Assembly (NCBI GenBank): GCA_035495115.1
Contig: DATJGJ010000007.1
Span: 3,136 to 67,135, forward strand
DNA: 64,000 bases
Direction of reading: 5' to 3'
Source: Minisyncoccota bacterium
GTDB taxonomy: Bacteria > Patescibacteriota > Minisyncoccia > Phycocordibacterales > PALSA-1337
The notes beneath the pieces are model-generated. The model was not told the origin of the DNA. It searched no databases and was given only the letters and a program-made list of their open reading frames with translations. The translations under genes were made by a program, and so were the position numbers. This document shows positions 60,267 to 64,000 of this stretch, piece after piece; the stretch's first letter is position 1, and the number at the start of each line of letters is the position of its first letter.

Positions 60267-60280
60267 AATCTTATTTTCTC

Positions 60281-60529
60281 TTACTGGCCTGAAATCGTAT
60301 TTGATATGAAATATACGATACCCCACGCAGATGTCATAATGACCAAACCGATGATACCTGCGAGCATGTGCCATCGTCCCTTTTCACGTGCAGACGAGTC
60401 ATCGCCGTTCATCATCATTTCTACGATGCCCCAGACGAACACGATGATCGCCACGGCGAACATGAGCATAATGATCGGATCGACGATATTGGTGATGATC
60501 GGGTCGATAACTTTAGCGAAGGTATCCAT
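60281..60529 (-). CDS. Small T4SS-pilin-like (TrbC/VirB2-like) membrane protein, paralog 1
   Basis: 82 aa: two hydrophobic helices separated by a charged loop (NGDDSSAREKG), the architecture of VirB2/T4SS pilins. Confidence 0.5.
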   Translation of the reverse strand: MDTFAKVIDPIITNIVDPIIMLMFAVAIIVFVWGIVEMMMNGDDSSAREKGRWHMLAGIIGLVIMTSAWGIVYFISNTISGQ

Positions 60530-60538
60530 ACGTTACTT

Positions 60539-60898
60539 TTAAGGAACCTGTGGAGGATAGTTCAGCTGCGGGAAATTCTGAGTAGGAGCGTTCGTATTTG
60601 TCCTGAATGTATTTGAGAGAATGTTGACGAGACCCCAGATAGAGAGGATGACGAAGAGACCAACGATACCCCAGAGAACTGCACCACCAATCGACTTGCG
60701 CTTTTCTGGATCTTCAGCAGCCATGATGTAACGTACGACGTTGAAGATGATATACAAAACTGCAAAAGCGATAAGGATCTCGATAATGGTATTACCGATA
60801 TTGGTCAACTTGTATGTGAGGGTATTCACATCAGTGATCGCCTGAGCACTGACGAGTGCAGGAGCGAAAGCGGCAACGAGTGCGATGATTTTTTTCAT
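60539..60898 (-). CDS. T4SS-pilin-like (TrbC/VirB2-like) secreted membrane protein, paralog 2
   Basis: Signal peptide MKKIIALVAAFAPALVSAQA, helix, AAEDPEKRK loop, helix. Confidence 0.55.
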   Translation of the reverse strand: MKKIIALVAAFAPALVSAQAITDVNTLTYKLTNIGNTIIEILIAFAVLYIIFNVVRYIMAAEDPEKRKSIGGAVLWGIVGLFVILSIWGLVNILSNTFRTNTNAPTQNFPQLNYPPQVP

Positions 60899-60998
60899 TT
60901 TCTTATAAGCTAATGGATAATAAATATAATACTATGTATCAAGTATACCTCGACTCATTCAAGAGGGGCAACCTGATATGTGGATTAGTTAGGCGCTT

Positions 60999-61463
60999 TT
61001 AATGAGGAAAGACGTTTGTAATATCGTTCCATGAACTATGCGAGAAGCTCGAGTTCCCTATACCGAACGTATTTTGAAGGATATTGACCAATCCCCACAT
61101 CGATAAGATGACGAAGAAGCCAATAACACTGTACATCACATATGTGCCAGCTTGCTTTCGATCTTCATTCGGCATGATGAAATATTTGAAGACATAGTAT
61201 ACGAACACAACCACTGACAATGCGATGAGAAGGAAGAGGATTTGATTCAAGTAGCCGATGACTCGCTCGATGAGCGAACAAAGAGTCAGATTGCCTGTAC
61301 TACACTGCGTACCAGAACCTGCACTGTTGTAATTGCTACCGTATGTATTACCGTATGACGCTCCCCCAGTGAGATTTATGTTGATTCCTCCGATCGCTGC
61401 GAACGACAAGACCGGGCTGACAAGGATAATAAAAGCGAATAGTGGAATAAGTATTTTTTTCAT
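60999..61463 (-). CDS. T4SS-pilin-like secreted membrane protein, paralog 3
   Basis: Signal peptide MKKILIPLFAFIILVSPVLSFAA, variable Gly/Asn/Ser region, helix, PNEDRKQ loop, helix. Confidence 0.55.
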   Translation of the reverse strand: MKKILIPLFAFIILVSPVLSFAAIGGININLTGGASYGNTYGSNYNSAGSGTQCSTGNLTLCSLIERVIGYLNQILFLLIALSVVVFVYYVFKYFIMPNEDRKQAGTYVMYSVIGFFVILSMWGLVNILQNTFGIGNSSFSHSSWNDITNVFPH

Positions 61464-61473
61464 ATGAATAATA

Positions 61474-62058
61474 TTATTGGTTATTAATCGCATTTTGCGC
61501 ACTCTGGATCACCGCCGGATTGACAGTCCCTGTTGACTGGAGCGTATTGATGATCACCGTAATCAGTATACGCGCGCCCAAGATGACGCCGATACCCACA
61601 ACCACCCACAGGAGCTGGTTGCTGCGCTTCTTGATCTCCTCAGGGTTACCGCGAGCAAGGACGAACTGGAGACCGACCCACATGAGCATGATCACACCAA
61701 AGATGACCGCAAGATAACTGACGATCTTCATAAAGGTAAAGATAAGATCGCTGATCGAATTGACTCCTTTGAGCGGATTAGAAAGTGTGGTGACAGTATT
61801 GCTGTTGTTGCTACCAGCACTTGTATTTTGCTTTGCGGCGCTTGTATTTGTAGGATCGATCGGTGATCCAGTCATGGTTGCAGGCTGAGATGGTGAACCA
61901 GTCATCGTGCCAGGTACATCAGTGGCTGGTGTAGGATTTGAACCATAGTAGTTAGGTAAAGTTGTATCAGGGTTTGTGCTTACATCATTAGCCGCAAAAC
62001 TTGCCACTGGAAGCATGAGGATGGCCAATACTACGACCGATACAATTTTTGTTTTCAT
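61474..62058 (-). CDS. T4SS-pilin-like secreted membrane protein, paralog 4
   Basis: Signal peptide MKTKIVSVVVLAILMLPVASFAA, Thr/Pro/Ser-rich variable region, helix, GNPEEIKKRS loop, helix. Confidence 0.55.
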   Translation of the reverse strand: MKTKIVSVVVLAILMLPVASFAANDVSTNPDTTLPNYYGSNPTPATDVPGTMTGSPSQPATMTGSPIDPTNTSAAKQNTSAGSNNSNTVTTLSNPLKGVNSISDLIFTFMKIVSYLAVIFGVIMLMWVGLQFVLARGNPEEIKKRSNQLLWVVVGIGVILGARILITVIINTLQSTGTVNPAVIQSAQNAINNQ

Positions 62059-62085
62059 GTGTGAAAAATTCATATGAATAAATAA

Positions 62086-62580
62086 TTATGGGTTGCCAAG
62101 CAACTTGGTGAAGGCCGAGTTCCCTGTAAGCCAGCTCAAAATCTGATACACGATGAACCAAGCCGACAGCATGATGACAAATCCCCACAAAATCTTTGGA
62201 AAAATATCTTTTGCCTTATTTCTGTCGCTATCTGTGCCTTTCAACATGAGATAACCTGCATATGTGAAGAGTACGATAGCCGCAAAAACACCGAGCACCA
62301 TAGCAATATTTATAAGATGTTGAACAGTGAGCATTGCTCCGTTAAAATTACATACGACATAGGGTCGAGTCTGGCCAGTTGGCTTGCCATTATTGTCATA
62401 TAGAGGAACAGGTTTGTTGATGGCCGGATTATCAGGCCCATCGCACACCACAATTCTGAACGATGATTGTGTAGGATCTTCACTCGCCGCTGGTGAAGTG
62501 AGCGTCTGCACACCTTGAGCAAAAACGACTGGTGTAAGCAGTAAACTGAGGGTAAAGAGTGAGAAAAGAGTTTTTTTCAT
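62086..62580 (-). CDS. T4SS-pilin-like secreted membrane protein, paralog 5
   Basis: Signal peptide MKKTLFSLFTLSLLLTPVVFAQG, variable region with two Cys, helix, KGTDSDRNKAKD loop, helix. Confidence 0.55.
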   Translation of the reverse strand: MKKTLFSLFTLSLLLTPVVFAQGVQTLTSPAASEDPTQSSFRIVVCDGPDNPAINKPVPLYDNNGKPTGQTRPYVVCNFNGAMLTVQHLINIAMVLGVFAAIVLFTYAGYLMLKGTDSDRNKAKDIFPKILWGFVIMLSAWFIVYQILSWLTGNSAFTKLLGNP

Positions 62581-62589
62581 ATGTGCGGA

Positions 62590-63888
62590 TTACTGTGATG
62601 TTGCCTGTCTGATCAAGGCGTCGAACTGCTGCCCCGTATCTTCGATAGCTTGGTACGAAGATTTCTTTCCGGTCGTGATAGATTCTACCATATTACCAAA
62701 GAGCTGAGCTGTCTGAACAGGATCTGGATCGAGCCATGACTTACTGACCAGTGCAGCTTCTCCGAATACTGAGAGATAAGGGTCACTCGAACCTTGAGCG
62801 ATCAAATCTGTGCGAACAGGTGGCAGATACATATTCTTTGCGAGCGTTGCGAGATATGTCGGATTTGTCAGCGCTGACAAGACCTGATAAGTGCCATTGG
62901 CATTTGCCGAAGTGCGCACGATTGAAAAGCCGAACATTTTTCCATACGTAGCTTTTATCCCTCCTTTACGAATCTGTGGCAATGGCGCCGCGTCAAAATT
63001 CAAATTTTCATTCTTGCTTCTGATACCCTTGATCTCAGAAGCAAAGCCGAAATACGTAGCGAGGTTGCCTGCGAGAAATGCGGTGCGAGAATCAGGCATA
63101 CCGCGGTTCCAAGAATAGTTGCTATTGGTCGGATCGATAAATTGCGAAAAGAAATCAAGGGCAAGCTTAGGATTTACGCTTGCTGATATGCGTAATGTCG
63201 TCTGGAGCGCGCCTTGCGCATTGTATGTCGTGACTGGATTGCCCATTTGCATAAAAAGCGAACCGAGTATCTCGCGAGAGCTCAAGACATTGGTAAAATC
63301 ACCGAGCGCAATCGCAGACTTTCTGATATTTCCATTCGAATCTTTCACGGTCAGCTTTGGAATGATGGTATTGAATTCGTCCCAATAACGAGGATATGTC
63401 GCTATGCCTGCCGTATTGTACATGTCGCGATTCCAATACATGATGAGAGGATCGATCGTGAATGGCAGAGCGAGTATGCCTGTATCAGTCGTATATAGCT
63501 GAGCTTCTTGAATATATGTATCCATGAATGTGCGCGCGGGAAAAGCCGAATATGGGATAACTGCAATCTTATCTTCATGTGGAAGTAGCATATCCGAAGA
63601 TATGAGGATAGCGTCTGGACCAGTACCACGAGCGAGCGCAGCTATGAACTGCTGTGAAAAAGCTGATGGGTCAATCTGCTTGTATGTGATAGCGAGCGGA
63701 GTCGTAGCTGTGTTATTTATATTTGAAACATAGTCATTGAAAATGCTCGATGAAAATGTGCCCCATACGGTGATAGCGGGCAAAGTGGTGCTCGTCGAGG
63801 TGTTGCCTTTGTACATCGCGAAAGAAACAACGCCCGCAACGATGAACAGTACGAATATGCCGAGAAGAATGATTTGAAATTTGGTCAT
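62590..63888 (-). CDS. Membrane-anchored extracellular solute-binding protein (ABC-transporter substrate-binding-like)
   Basis: N-terminal TM, ~400-aa periplasmic-binding-protein-like composition; the family assignment is tentative. Confidence 0.45.
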   Translation of the reverse strand: MTKFQIILLGIFVLFIVAGVVSFAMYKGNTSTSTTLPAITVWGTFSSSIFNDYVSNINNTATTPLAITYKQIDPSAFSQQFIAALARGTGPDAILISSDMLLPHEDKIAVIPYSAFPARTFMDTYIQEAQLYTTDTGILALPFTIDPLIMYWNRDMYNTAGIATYPRYWDEFNTIIPKLTVKDSNGNIRKSAIALGDFTNVLSSREILGSLFMQMGNPVTTYNAQGALQTTLRISASVNPKLALDFFSQFIDPTNSNYSWNRGMPDSRTAFLAGNLATYFGFASEIKGIRSKNENLNFDAAPLPQIRKGGIKATYGKMFGFSIVRTSANANGTYQVLSALTNPTYLATLAKNMYLPPVRTDLIAQGSSDPYLSVFGEAALVSKSWLDPDPVQTAQLFGNMVESITTGKKSSYQAIEDTGQQFDALIRQATSQ

Positions 63889-63902
63889 AAAATAAAATAC
63901 CT

Positions 63903-64000
63903 ATGATCTCGTTAATATAAGGCCATAATGATGGTCGCCTGCTCCGAATGACTGGTCGAGCTTGAAACCTATCTTCTCAAATAACATTTGCGCCCTGCTC
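63903..64000 (-). CDS. C-terminal fragment of a minus-strand gene that continues beyond the right edge of the window
   Basis: Open minus-strand frame ending ...GAGDHHYGLILTRS at 63903; product unknown. Confidence 0.2.

Noticed and set aside
1-64000. CRISPR arrays, rRNA genes, transposase or integrase genes
   Set aside because: No regularly spaced direct repeats, rRNA-like sequence or recognisable transposase/integrase ORFs were seen on reading the window

Overview
This 64 kb window is a gene-dense, low-GC (roughly 40-43%) bacterial chromosome segment with small secreted or membrane proteins and a reduced housekeeping set. The short DnaX, the archaeal-type AspRS lacking the GAD insertion, and the many small pilin-like proteins suggest a Candidate Phyla Radiation (Patescibacteria)-like genome, but that assignment is inference only. 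All calls come from reading the sequence and the ORF track by eye; no searches were run.

Housekeeping genes present:
- pyrD (partial, at the left edge), aspS, dnaX, a Dus-type tRNA-dihydrouridine synthase, serS, dprA, topA, parB, miaA, alr, clpB.
- An SMC-like ATPase, rnc, a NusB-Nudix fusion, L32 and L33.
- Six tRNAs: Gln-UUG, Leu-CAA, Trp-CCA, Tyr-GUA, Lys-CUU and Leu-UAG.

Accessory content:
- An emrRAB-like efflux operon (MarR, HlyD, a second short HlyD-like protein, DHA2 MFS).
- A copper module: CsoR repressor with a near-perfect operator palindrome, an HMA membrane protein and CopA.
- An ECF sigma / anti-sigma pair.
- An extracytoplasmic flavinylation trio (ApbE, FMN-binding protein, DoxX).
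- A secreted protein with three tandem Fn3-like repeats.
- Peptidoglycan enzymes (VanY-like M15 peptidase and an S11 DD-carboxypeptidase).
- A tandem pair of secreted paralogs, one broken by a frameshift in an A7 tract.
- A GxxExxY gene bracketed by perfect 33-bp inverted repeats between dprA and topA.
- A GC-elevated island next to tRNA-Lys / tRNA-Leu, followed by five tandem T4SS-pilin-like genes.

The most unusual signal is a family of three tRNA-linked elements downstream of tRNA-Leu(CAA), tRNA-Tyr and tRNA-Trp. Each has a hairpin, then a 12-nt segment that is the exact reverse complement of that tRNA's own T-loop plus 3' T-stem, then a conserved ~50-60-nt core that shows one compensatory base-pair change between copies, then a direct copy of the tRNA's T-arm and 3' end. 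This looks like a previously undescribed tRNA-linked structured RNA or mobile element.
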